DNA of 64,000 nt from Orbicella franksi (lineage: Eukaryota). The DNA is taken from NCBI GenBank assembly GCA_964199315.1, contig OZ116702.1, positions 32,116,001 through 32,180,000 of the forward strand. Direction: 5' to 3'. Positions 1 to 10,588 of this stretch are shown one piece after another. Below the pieces are notes generated by a model. That model was not told where the DNA came from and searched no databases. It saw nothing but the letters and a program-made list of their open reading frames with translations. Position 1 is the stretch's first letter. Each line of letters starts with the position of its first letter. The position numbers and the translations under genes are program-made.

Positions 1-3000
1 AATTGCGCTCTCATTTCGTTGAGTTTTTTTTCCATGGCGTCAGACTTTAAAAACAGAAAATCAAATGCGCACCCTATCAGATTGAACTTGGGTGTTTGAG
101 AAATCAAGGGTGTAATTCCCAATTCCTTGGCACGCTGTAGTAGATAGGAATTTAAAGTGAGGCCTCCTTCGGCGAAATACCATATCGTGGTTATTTCTTC
201 CACCGGCCAGTCAAAATACTCTTTCAAGTCAGTCGTAGTCAGCCATTTTTTAAAGTGAGTGGAATCCTGTATGATCCATCCTTCAGCTTCCCGGACGTCA
301 GTCTTGGTCGAGCCCCAGTAGTGTTTTCGTATTTGCAGTCCCGTGCACACATCAATGGGTTCCGTGTAATTCCATTGGATATAACGCGGTTTGAGGTGGT
401 TTTCTATTGGCTCAGGCACACGCCAATCAATCAAAAAAGCCCTGTCAGTGAGCACTGACAGATAAAACAGCGATGCGACTGCTCTAAGGCGATTTCCATA
501 ACCGCAACAACCTTGTCGAGTACCAGGGCATAAATAGACCAAATATTTCTCTTCCAGACGCTTACTAAGAATATTTGCGTGTAGTTTGCGGTAGTTTTCT
601 TGCCAACCAGTTCCACAAACCTCAACCGTCTTCTTACGATACCAAGCATCGAAATTAAATTTCTCTCCTAAGGTTGGCGTGTTTTGACTCATGGCATTTG
701 GTTGTAAGTTTAGATACTCTTTCCCGTTGATCTTTGAAATCAGTTCAGCCTTACTGTCCAGAGATTTGGGAAGATGACCTTTTTCTGTGAGATCTTCCAT
801 TTTTGGGATGACTTTATTCATCTTTCTTTTTGGCGATTGTAAATGTTTGGACGTCGAAAACAAAGACACGTTTCTACTCACTTTCTGTTTAGTTTGGTCG
901 CTCTCTAGCAACTCGTTCGGTTTTTCTTTCGAAGACAATTTCAAGCCCACATTTGGACGTATTTTGCTGGCAGTATTTAAAGATTTCATTGTCTTGTTGT
1001 CAAGATTTCTTGTTTTTTCCGGAAGAACGTTACTCTTGAGAGCTGTGTTTAGTTTTGAGGCAAATTGGTTTGTACTTTTTTCAACTTCCTTGCTGTTTTC
1101 ACCTGTGCCAAAATACTGAATAATGGTGTCAGCCTTCAAGTTGACAAGATGACCTGTAAAAAAAAGCTGAAGTGAGCTTTGGGTAATTTGATTGCCACTG
1201 GTAACTACAGGTTTTCAGGAATCTTTACGATTACAAGACATGGGTTGGGCCAGGGTTTTCGGGTATACCGTATACATGGGGATTCTAAATCGAGTATACG
1301 GTGTTTTGACGCCCGTATTGGCCCTTTTAATTTATGGGTATAAAGTACAGCCGAACCCACCCAAAATGTCAAATCTAAATGGTCGCTTACGGGAGGTGGT
1401 CGCTTACGAGAGCTTAGAACATACTGGTTCAAAGTTTTGCCTCATCAGCATATGGTAACTGCAAAGACTTCCTCCAGCTGGTTTTAAATGTTTTATTCAT
1501 GCGAAAAGTAAATTTCGAGAAAAATTCCTGTACTTCCCATTGAGAAATTTCCGTCTCTTGTACTACCTAGGAATGCGCTATGGTTACGACACCTTCTTAT
1601 TGAAGTACGCGCTATTATCTGTCACGTGGTCGCTTACGGGAGGTTAAAAACAAGAGAAAATTTCAAACTTTTATCTCTAAAAGTGGTCGCGGTCGATTAC
1701 GAGAGGGTGATTTGACTTGGAAACTTTTGGTATTTTGGAAAACTGGTCGCTGAGGAGAGGTGGTCGCAACCTGAGGTTCAACTGTATACTTCGTTTTTTC
1801 CAAATTTTCATATTGCGCATGAATTTGAGGGAAAATGTTGGGTATAATGGGTTTGCCTTCTTAAGTATATTGGTATACCGCTACTCCCATTGCCAACCCT
1901 GAAGAAAGCCCGCCCTCACCTCGAAAAAAAAAAGCCCGAAAATAAGGGTATGCGGGAGGGGGCATGTTTTATAGTTGGTATAGTAAATGGATTGTTCGTT
2001 TAACGACTGCAGTACTGTTGTTTTCACAGCGTTATCTTCAGAGACTTCAGACTATGCCGTATTCGAATATAAGCCCAAACCTTTCCTAAACGCAAAATTC
2101 TTTAATTTGAGACAATTAGCGCCCTCCTCCCCAACCCCTCCCACTGAAAAAATTCTTGTGAACAAATTAATGAGGGTGGTAAAGGGTATTTTCGTGACCC
2201 GTGATCGGCCCTTTCATTTCCTGTGAAATGTGAAATAACCATTTTTTCCTCGTGAATCGTGATTTCCATAGTCGCCGTGAACTGTGATTTCCCAAGATGT
2301 TCTCTTTTATTTTCCGTGAAGCTTGAAATGCCAATGTTGTATTTTTCGTGAATTGTGAAAGGGCTGCTTTATTTTCCGTGAAACGTGATCTATACCCCCC
2401 CCCCCCCCCCCTTTACCACCCTCATTAATATGAGCCCGGGTTTTCTACCTTTTATTGTGAATCGTTGCGTTGTTCCGAGGTAGTAGGCGAGCATTGCTAA
2501 AACAACCAGTATCAAGCCTAGAAATGGAACAAATTCTCGGTGACGAGCTGGCGAACTTCTGGTAATTTTACGTTGCCTCACATCGCTGATCAATTGACGT
2601 TCGTTAGTTTTCCTGGAGAAGACGAAAACAACAACATGAAACTAAATAAATTGTCGGGGAGTATTTGAAACTGGTGACCTGCATGAAGCTGGGAAAAAAT
2701 CTGCGAATAGCACAGCATATACAGACAGGAAAACGTAGACATTTTTGTAATTTGTAATTGTCTCAAGTAGTTCTATTCGAAGTTGTAGCTGTGACTTAAA
2801 AGAAATTCTGGTAACGAAACCGCGACGTGAAAAACTGAATTCGGGGCTTTGTCCGAGACGCTCGTATAAGAGAAATGTCCTTTAGGGTTTCAAAAGTTTT
2901 GGTGCACTATGAATAAATGAACTAATTGGTGTGTCAGTCAGTTGTTGTTCACTCATAGTCACGAAAACAAGTTGTTCTCATCGAGGACATACAGTATCAC

Positions 3001-3094
3001 TCTCAAATTGCATCAAAACTGATCGATTAAATAAGAATTCAGAAAGATTTGGGTTTTTTTTCACTTACCTCAAGTCGTATTCCGTCGCTACCAT
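1..3094 (-). CDS. Fucosyltransferase-like (alpha2/alpha6/O-FucT GT-B superfamily) type II membrane protein, paralog 1; 3' end outside window
   Basis: Hand-built model complement(join(<1..1153,2449..2612,3069..3094)); splice sites GT-AG and phase-consistent (2, then 1). Protein MVATEYDLRKTNERQ...FVPFLGLILVVLAMLAYYLG (TM), a long Lys/Ser-rich stem, then GCCGYGNRLRAVASLFYLSVLTDRAFLIDW...IGCAFDFLF, which aligns with the 32755 and 41247 proteins. Exon 3 is stop-free from 1153 to base 1. Confidence 0.85.
1251..1901. mobile_element. Non-autonomous DNA element (CAGGGTT...AACCCTG ends) in an intron, hosting a nested MITE
   Basis: Inverted termini cagggtt (1251) and aaccctg (1901) with ggtataccg subterminal motifs. 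No clear TSD seen. Confidence 0.5.
1346..1786. mobile_element. MITE with TA target duplication, nested in the element above
   Basis: ta|cagccgaacc ... ggttcaactg|ta; internal repeated GGTCGCTTACG(G/A)GAG motif. Confidence 0.7.
2167..2428. mobile_element. MITE with 20-bp terminal inverted repeats
   Basis: ttaatgagggtggtaaaggg (2167-2186) and ccctttaccaccctcattaa (2409-2428); internal CGTGA-rich motifs. Confidence 0.75.
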
Positions 3095-3420
3095 TCTCTT
3101 AATGTTGTTGGCCGGGATGAAGGTCAAAGCGAGAAGATTAACTCTTCGCAGTGAAGAAGGAATTCAAACTTTGTTAACTAAGGAGTTCTTTAGTACGGAG
3201 CAACAACGACTTTAAGAAGCGTATTAACTGCAAGGCAGTGCAGAAATGACTAGTAAAATCTATTCTTGAAATACTGTACACAGTATCATTCGAAGTTCTT
3301 TGTGATCTGTGTCAGTCAAAAACTATTTAGTAAAAATTTGCATACAGTACTTTAATCAAGACAAGAATGTGGACGATGTTTCTATTTACTCAAGGTTTAG
3401 TGACCGTTTGAATAAGCGTT

Positions 3421-3873
3421 TTAGCCTTCATTTAGCCCCTACTGTTGACGGAGATTTTCTCCCTCAAATTTGGCTAAATTTTAGAAGGTGAACAAAAGCC
3501 TCAGAGTAGGGTGTTTTCCAGTGTCGCTCGTAAGTTTAGAATTTTCCGAAAAGTTTCCGGCATATCGCGTTAGTCAAAGTAATGAATGTACCTTAGAATC
3601 TGTATGAAAACGAAATTCTGTGAGCTACATTTTAGCGCCGGGACGGAGCACGCTTCACAATCGGTGAATTTTACCTTTCTGATAACGGTCGGCAACCTCA
3701 GTTCGTCCAAAATTCAATTTTGGCTTGTAGCAAAGCAAAGATAAGAAATTGGAAAATAGTAAATTGCTTTTTTTATATACTGGTGCCAAACCCTTTTTAC
3801 TGACAAAAAATGAGGGAAAATTATTTTTGGTCCCGAAGTCGAGTGAACCGCTTTTAGCGGGACTGCCACTTAA
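3421..3873. repeat. Dispersed repeat of about 450 bp, second copy inverted at about 38283-38740
   Basis: Reverse complement aligns along its length with 38283-38740; both end at TTAA|GTGGCAGTCCCGCTAAAAGCGG. Confidence 0.75.
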
Positions 3874-4264
3874 GTTTAAAAATGGTGTCTAGCTAGAAAT
3901 ATCATAAAAGCAGAAGCTTTTCACTGCCTGTACTGCAGCCTTCAACAGGTGAAATGACAAAAGACGCGCTAAAAATTCTAAAACATAGATAAAATAAACA
4001 ACAGAACAACATTATGCAAAAGAATGCTGTACAAATTGTGCCCTTTTCTACTCCTAGGACGATAGAGCACCCGCTCTTTTGAGCAAAAATGCTAAATTAT
4101 AAGTCCATTTTTTCACCCGTTGAAGACTGCCGTTTATGCAGCCGAAAGCTTGTGCTTTTATGATATTTTAAGCCGAGAACGTTTTTAAATTGTACTACAA
4201 GCGATTCATACTGGCTGCGGTCCCTCGATATTTTCATAATCACAAATTTGTGACTCAGTTCTAT

Positions 4265-5627
4265 TCAGTATCTTTTTTTTTCCTTTGCCTCCATTGTACA
4301 CATAATGTCAACTTCTTTTGCAAGAGTTTCGACCGTTTCAAAATCGTCCCATTGTATTTTGCGTCCTTTTCTGATGTCCAACCCAACTTGGTTGTAATGA
4401 CGATCTAGAACTTTTAAACAGTGGTCAGTTTTGTTGTTACCAGTGCACGGCGTTTCACCTCGAGTGATCCCGCCTTTGAAGATCGTGGTAAAAAAGAACA
4501 AAGTTATCGGCTAGTGAAGCTGAATGATTGGAGCACATGGCCTGCGGGCTTCCCGCTGCCTCGTGTGACAGACAGTAACTAATCAGGATGTTTGGGAAAA
4601 GAGGCTCTTTTGCGTAAGACACGTGGAAAGTCGTTTGCGGCTGGGACAGAATATCCTCTGTGTCTTGTGGAGTAATTTTGTGGCCGACTGGGAGCCGTCT
4701 ATTGTATGATTTCAGCTCACTGCATATCTTTAGGTTCCAGTCGTATCGATCTTTCTCGAAGAACCAAGCGTAACTAATCAGCACACTGACAGGTGAAATC
4801 AAACTACAAGCACCGTGGTATATCCTTTGAAAGGTCTCTTCAAAGTTACTTGTCTTAAATCTCTTTAGAATGTACTCTCTGCAGTGCGTGAAAGTGTCGC
4901 GGTAAATGTAGACAGGAAAATACGTCATGAAATCTGCCACCATAGGTAACCCAAGCGCGATTTCGGTGACATGCGCCCAGTTTCGCACCCAGCTGAATTT
5001 CATAGAGCACTCAGAACCCAGGATGCGTATCCTTGAGCCGTTAAATATGGTTGCTTTTGTTACAGGCGCCAGAAATGCAACATCGCTATCCATCCATGCT
5101 ATAATGGGATCGTTTGTGTATAGATCAATAAAGAAACTGCTCCAAATTTGGCAGTTGTAACCCGGAGATTTTCGAGCGCCCTTGAACGTTAAACCACTTG
5201 CGTTTTTGGGTAACGACTCGAAGGCCAGCTCAAGTTTGCGATCTGGAAAGTGTTGTTTGATTTGACTTGTCAGGTTATTTGCATAAACATGATCCACAAC
5301 TGATTCTTCGTCAAGAACTACGACTGTCTTTCCAAACGATGCGCGCCAGAAGAGAACAGCAGTCCTGAAAAGATCACAGTAAAAACGAGTCCTGTGTTCT
5401 TTTAGTTTGCCCGCCATCCTCACGAACAGAGTTATCGAAGGGATGCTTGGAGTTGGACTTAAGCTTTCCGCGTAAGCATTATTACGATTTCGACTTTCTT
5501 TGGCAGCGGTGTCGCTCTCGTACAGCCGCTCGTGCAGCATTTTTATGTTTAAAAAAGTAATGCAAATGAGAGCGAGAAAGCCACACATCCATACCAGCCT
5601 TGCGATCCTCACAAATAATGGTCGCAT
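4265..5627 (-). CDS. Intronless type II membrane glycosyltransferase-like protein (GT-A type DxD motif); apparent frameshift near 4470
   Basis: ORF 4455..5627 has an N-terminal TM (LVWMCGFLALICITFL), a stem, and GYNCQIWSSFFIDLYTNDPIIAWMDSDVAFLAPVT containing DSD. An overlapping frame (4265..4501) continues 68 codons past the break. Family assignment (DUF6492-like) is from recall and unverified. Confidence 0.65.
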
Positions 5628-5834
5628 CTTTGACCGTTTCTTACGAAAAAGTTTTATATGTCAAGCAACTTCGTCGGCACCGCTGGAATGCGCTTCATTG
5701 TGAGATTCATGAGGGTCTGCTACACTCTTCTACGGTTGAACCATAGAACATCGGCAGGGGTTCTAGTTTATATTCGACACGACGGGAATGAAATTCCTTG
5801 ACGCCACTTCGCGAGAGACGTGTTAAGAATTAGT

Positions 5835-6340
5835 TCTTATTAACCGAGCTAAGTCGGTCTGTATGGGAGAATCTTGACCTAGGTCGTGTGTACAGACCTC
5901 ACTGCGTTCGGTCTGTACTCACGACCTCGGTCAAGATTCTCCCATACAGACCGACTTAGCTCGGTTAATAAGATGCTTATTATATGGCAAAGAAGAAAAC
6001 TTTAATTCGTTTAATGTAACTGGTTTGCTGACATTTTGCTTGCAAACGGATATGAGCTTAACTTAAACCTGCCGAAATTTGCCCGTCCTCTTTACTTTTT
6101 TTTTTTTTTTTTTTTTGTCATCAGGCTTTTTGGCACTTACATAAATGATTGAGCAGAAAATAAAAGAAAATGGTGGACATTTCTGTATTTTAGTTCGCTA
6201 CTTTTTCAACGCAAAATAATATCGGTCTAGATGCCGGTCTAGATGGGAAAATCTAGACCGCGGTCAATATCGATTTCAGCCAAACAAATTCGTGAATTCG
6301 GTAGTTCCCAGCCCTTGTGAGACACAGCCATATAATAAAT
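5835..6340. mobile_element. Unclassified hairpin-headed repeat element
   Basis: Perfect 45-bp inverted arms at 5835-5879 and 5929-5973 with a further paired inner stem, followed by a segment bounded by ttattatatggc ... gccatataataa. Confidence 0.7.
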
Positions 6341-7914
6341 CAATTTATTAAATCAGGCCGCGATGTCAGGACAACAGAAATACGAGCCCGTCAAGTTGAT
6401 CAAAAGAATACAGGCTCAGAAACAAGGGCACAAACAGACATTTTCAAAGGTCTTCAAAGTTACCAGCGTATTTATCTAACAAGACAAAACACAGAGATTA
6501 TTCAGCGGATAAATTGAAAAACTTGCCGCTCTGATAGCACATGCATTTTTTAATACAGGACGCTTCTTCGCTATAAACAAAACAACTTCTCTCGCCGAAA
6601 ACGGTGTCCTTGGGCATCGCGGGAACTAACTTCGGTGTTCAATTATTAAATGTTTGATTGGACAGGCAGTGAGCTCTTTTGAAATCGCTTCTTTCCATTC
6701 AAAACAACTCGAAAAATGTGGCACACAAACCGCTATGTAGTAAGAAAATAAGGACAAGAATTTTAACAGCTGTATTTTTACTTAGTATAACGGCGTACTA
6801 TTTTATACACAAGTGTAAACGATAGCCTTAAAATCTGGCCAGAAATCTGAATCGACTCAGGAACGGGACCCAAAAATGGACATTACAAACCTTTTCAAAG
6901 AGGTAAATATTGTTGTTACGGCTCTGTCCCCTTTTACCAGTCGCGATCTCTGTTGCGATGCACGAAAAATCTTAGTTTCGACAGCCAATAGATTTTCGTT
7001 TGGAGTAGTGAAGAAATCATATATGTTTGGCTCTACGCCTTCTCAGCTTTGGCCGACATCTAGGTGACATGTCCCCTTTGTTAAAAGGAATCTAAAATAA
7101 GGAAGTCATTAGAGAAACATTTCGTGACACGAAGCAACCTGGAAGTGATATACCAAGCAAAACTGAGTTTTCGCTAGCAAATAAAACAGCTCTGAAAGTT
7201 CACCCTCGCCTTCTAAAAGAGCGTGATCAGTATTTGTAATGGCTGACAGAAATAGCGGAGTGCATCGACTTTAAGCGCAATCTCATTGTTGAATCACAGT
7301 GCCCGGGAATCATTGTTCCCGGTAAGTACTTAAAATTTGCGGCATAATTTAAGTTGACACCATCACGTTTTTAATTATCAGGGCCGGGAACTGTAGAATT
7401 TTAAACAACCAGGCCCAGGAGCTCCGGTTTTAGGCTTGGCTAAAGCTATATACTATTTTCTGGTAAAGGTGGCGGAGTCTCGAGCAAGTTGGCGGGAATC
7501 TCACTTCTTCCCGCCATTTCATCGACTTGAAGGGTATTCATCAAAGTTTGATCGTCTTGAACTCCACTGAACCGATCATTCACCGCCTTGAAGATTTTTC
7601 CCTCGCACTGCGTTAGCAAGAATGGTCAAGAATGCCAAAACTAGTAGAAACCATGACCGTATACCTTTTCCTTTCCGAGCCAAACCATCGATCTTGGCGC
7701 CAAATGTGATCGATTTGGTCGGTGCATAGATACTTCAACAATTGTATCATGAATAAACTGTGCTTGCTACGGTATTATGTTTCGGTCTGTAAGACAATTC
7801 AATCGAAATATTGCGTCTGGTTTGCATAGAATCCGAACAGTGCAGCTGAATACGGATAATGGTTCAAATATCACCATTCTCTCCGGCGCTCAGCCTTGAA
7901 TGTTGTTTCTTACA

Positions 7915-8224
7915 ATAACTGCAGAATTTCTCGCGGGCTCATTGGCTAATTTTTATTGTCGATAAGCGGACAGACTCATGAATTTATAATTTATGCGATG
8001 TGTCAACGAGTGAGAGCGAACTGTCATCGCAAAAAACAAATAGAAGTCAGTTTTTAATGCGTCTGTCCTGTTATTGAAAATAAATTTCATCATAACATTG
8101 TCAAAGTAGTCTGCGGATCCACTCGGCTGTCGGCTCGTGGATCCACACCTACTTTGGCAATGTTATGACGAAATTCATGATCAATAACAGGACAGACGCA
8201 AGAAAAACTGACGTCAATTTGTTA
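7915..8224. mobile_element. Hairpin-containing repeat element (copy at about 22921-23218)
   Basis: Imperfect palindrome 8046-8212 (gtcagttttt..tgcgtctgtcctgttattg..acattgtcaaagtag..ggatccac / gtggatcc..ctactttggcaatgt..caataacaggacagacgca..aaaaactgac). Confidence 0.7.
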
Positions 8225-8442
8225 AATCGCTGTCATAATAATTAAGCATTCGCACTGCATCACCTTCTTCTGTCTGGTCTTCATCTCTTCAATTCTCTTG
8301 TGGTGAGATGCGTGACAAGTCGATGACCGCAAAGTACACGGCAATGACAGATTCTTCGATCTCGTAACACAACTCGATGAGAACCCTACCCTGCAGCGAA
8401 TTTCAGAATCGTATGAATCTCGTCATGCATGACGTTACGGTG

Positions 8443-8635
8443 TATATGAAGACATGATTGATCATCGCAGTTATATAAACACAACTTAAGCAGTTGCGAA
8501 ATTGAAGCCTGAAAAACTTCGGGTCTGAACAGGATTCAAACCCATGACCTCTGCGATACCGGTGCAGTGCTCCACCAATTGAGCTATCAAGCCAACTGGG
8601 AGCTGGTCACGTTGTGAGTTCGTAATATACCCGTA
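8443..8635 (-). mobile_element. tRNA-derived SINE (copy at 23433-23625)
   Basis: Minus strand has a Pol III A box (TAGCTCAATTGG) and B box (GGTTTGAATCC) in a tRNA-like head followed by a non-tRNA body. Confidence 0.75.
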
Positions 8636-9543
8636 AGTGGCTTCAGAAACAGCTGGCATACAAATATAAACTGAGCTCAACAGTGGACAAAACTAGGAGG
8701 TTTTGTCCCAAAAAGAGACTGCTAGTGTATAAACCATTACATATGCTTCGTAAGGCTGATTGACTGCAGACTTAGATTCAGATTTGGCTTGAAGAACAGG
8801 ACAAAAATACCCTCAAGACAAACATAGAGAACAGTGGCGATGAAAAAGAGACAAGGAGAGGGCGTTTACCTGTATTTCGTTGACTGAAACTAAGAGGAAA
8901 ATTATAAAAATCGAATATTACTGACTTAGAATTCCTTTGAAAAGGGAATCAATACTGGAATTACTGACGTCAGTTTCATGCACTTTATTGTTCCCTAAAA
9001 ACTACAAATGATGGCAAGCAAATTGTCAAAAGAACGGCTGTACTTACACTGTTCCGTAAAGTTTATCTACAGTATGTTGAATCAAATAAAAAGCAGTGTT
9101 GAAATAAATATTATTTACACGGTTTATATGAGGACCGAACAATTCTCATGAATGAAAATTACAAAAGTCGAGTTTACGAAATATAACTACAAATGACGCC
9201 AAAGGAATTGTGAAAAGAAGGTTTAGAAACTGTTCTGTGAAGTTATTAAATCAAATAGAAAGCAGTATTGAGGTAAATTAGTATTATTTACAAGATTTAA
9301 TACGAAGTATGACTTCTAATATAAGAAAATTAAAAATGGCGTTTTCATAATAACTACAAAATGATTGTAAACTCAGTGTTCAATGAAAGGTTTAAGACCG
9401 TTCTGCAAAGTTTCTTTATAGTGTACAGTGAATGCGATTCATAGCAGTTTTAAATTAACGTCTTTTACAAGTTTCAGGTCGACTGATCCTCTCGACTGTT
9501 AACAAGTATCATCAGTTGCGCCGCTGTTTAAAAAAAAAATCAT

Positions 9544-10503
9544 TTATCTAAAGAGAGTCTTAAGTCGGTCACGATAATTACTACTGAAAATGAAACAGAT
9601 GGAAGGATTTATGACACAATTTATGTGCATCATAAAAAAGGCAACGTCGGAAAAGTATAGGGAGCTGCAAGACAGTATGTCCGATGCAAAGATTGAGAGT
9701 AACCAATTGATAGTGAAGGGCAGCCAGCATACTGCAAACATTAACACAATAGCAGTGGCCATCTTTAACACATTTCGCTCCCTTTGCTGACGTTGTTGTC
9801 CAACGCTGGCCGATTGCTGGCCTGGAGCAACGGTATTTTGTGATTTGAGCTTTGCATAGATGATAATGTAAAGTATGGTTATCAACAGAAAAGCGATGAT
9901 AATTAATATAATTAAAAATGCCACGTAGTAATTCTCGAAGAATTCTCCAAAGACTTCGTTCCAATGCAGCCTACACGCCAACCTTCCTGGATATTGAACA
10001 AGTTTGGAGAAGAGATATGGGGAAAATAAAGCCAACGCGACGATCCAAGTGGCGAGAATGAAGAACGGACACAGCTTTGAACTAATGAGTGGGGAACGGA
10101 GGGGATATACCACAACTCCAAATCGATCCACTGCTATCAGAACCAGGCTCTGAATAGACACACTAAGGGAGACCTCAGGTAAGAAGAAAACCAGCTTACA
10201 TAAGACCTGGCCAAGAGGACCACCGATCAGCCAGGAGTTTATGTAGAGCCATTGAATAGCCCGAGGAATCAAGAAAATCGGATACAGCAGATCGGACATG
10301 GCCATGTTTATGATTAAAAAGTTGATGGGTTTTCTCATGGTTTTCGTCCTGTAGACAATTATCCCCATGACGGTGTTCCCAGCCAGCGAGACAAGAACAA
10401 TCAGGCAGTAAGCAAAGGTTTTTCCGAGTTTTTCTGCTGTAGGATTCCAGTAACAGGGCGATGGCTGTGTTCCATTCATCGTTGAGTTCAAGTTTTCCGA
10501 CAT
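9544..10503 (-). CDS. Intronless class A (rhodopsin-like) GPCR, peptide-receptor-like, copy G1 (319 aa)
   Basis: Seven hydrophobic segments; N-terminal sequons NST and NGT; GN (TM1), NMAMSDLL (TM2), LCKL and DRF (TM3), CWLP (TM6), NPSIC (TM7, NPxxY variant). Confidence 0.95.
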   Translation of the reverse strand: MSENLNSTMNGTQPSPCYWNPTAEKLGKTFAYCLIVLVSLAGNTVMGIIVYRTKTMRKPINFLIINMAMSDLLYPIFLIPRAIQWLYINSWLIGGPLGQVLCKLVFFLPEVSLSVSIQSLVLIAVDRFGVVVYPLRSPLISSKLCPFFILATWIVALALFSPYLFSKLVQYPGRLACRLHWNEVFGEFFENYYVAFLIILIIIAFLLITILYIIIYAKLKSQNTVAPGQQSASVGQQRQQRERNVLKMATAIVLMFAVCWLPFTINWLLSIFASDILSCSSLYFSDVAFFMMHINCVINPSICFIFSSNYRDRLKTLFR

Positions 10504-10580
10504 AGTCGTTCAGTTTTTTTTTCCGCTCTTACGCTCAAAAATGAGTTTTCTTCTGAGTTGTTCTCTTATTAAGGTCACGC

Positions 10581-10588
10581 TATTTATG
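10581..10588 (-). promoter_or_regulatory. TATA-like box about 80 nt upstream of the G1 ATG
   Basis: CATAAATA on the minus strand; equivalent TATA-like motifs at the same offset before G2, G3 and G4. Positional inference only. Confidence 0.35.

Noticed and set aside
787-1119. 110-aa hydrophobic plus-strand ORF
   Set aside because: Antisense shadow of the Lys-rich stem of FucT-like paralog 1.
8486-8680. tRNA gene or small ORF (also 23509-23727)
   Set aside because: tRNA-like head is fused to a SINE body and the arms pair poorly; the ORFs are incidental.
9470-9543. Apparent C-terminal extension after the GPCR stop (..DDT*QSRGSVDLKLV..), considered as readthrough
   Set aside because: A second in-frame stop follows in G2 and the frame is broken by a homopolymer in G1; at most a vestigial tail.
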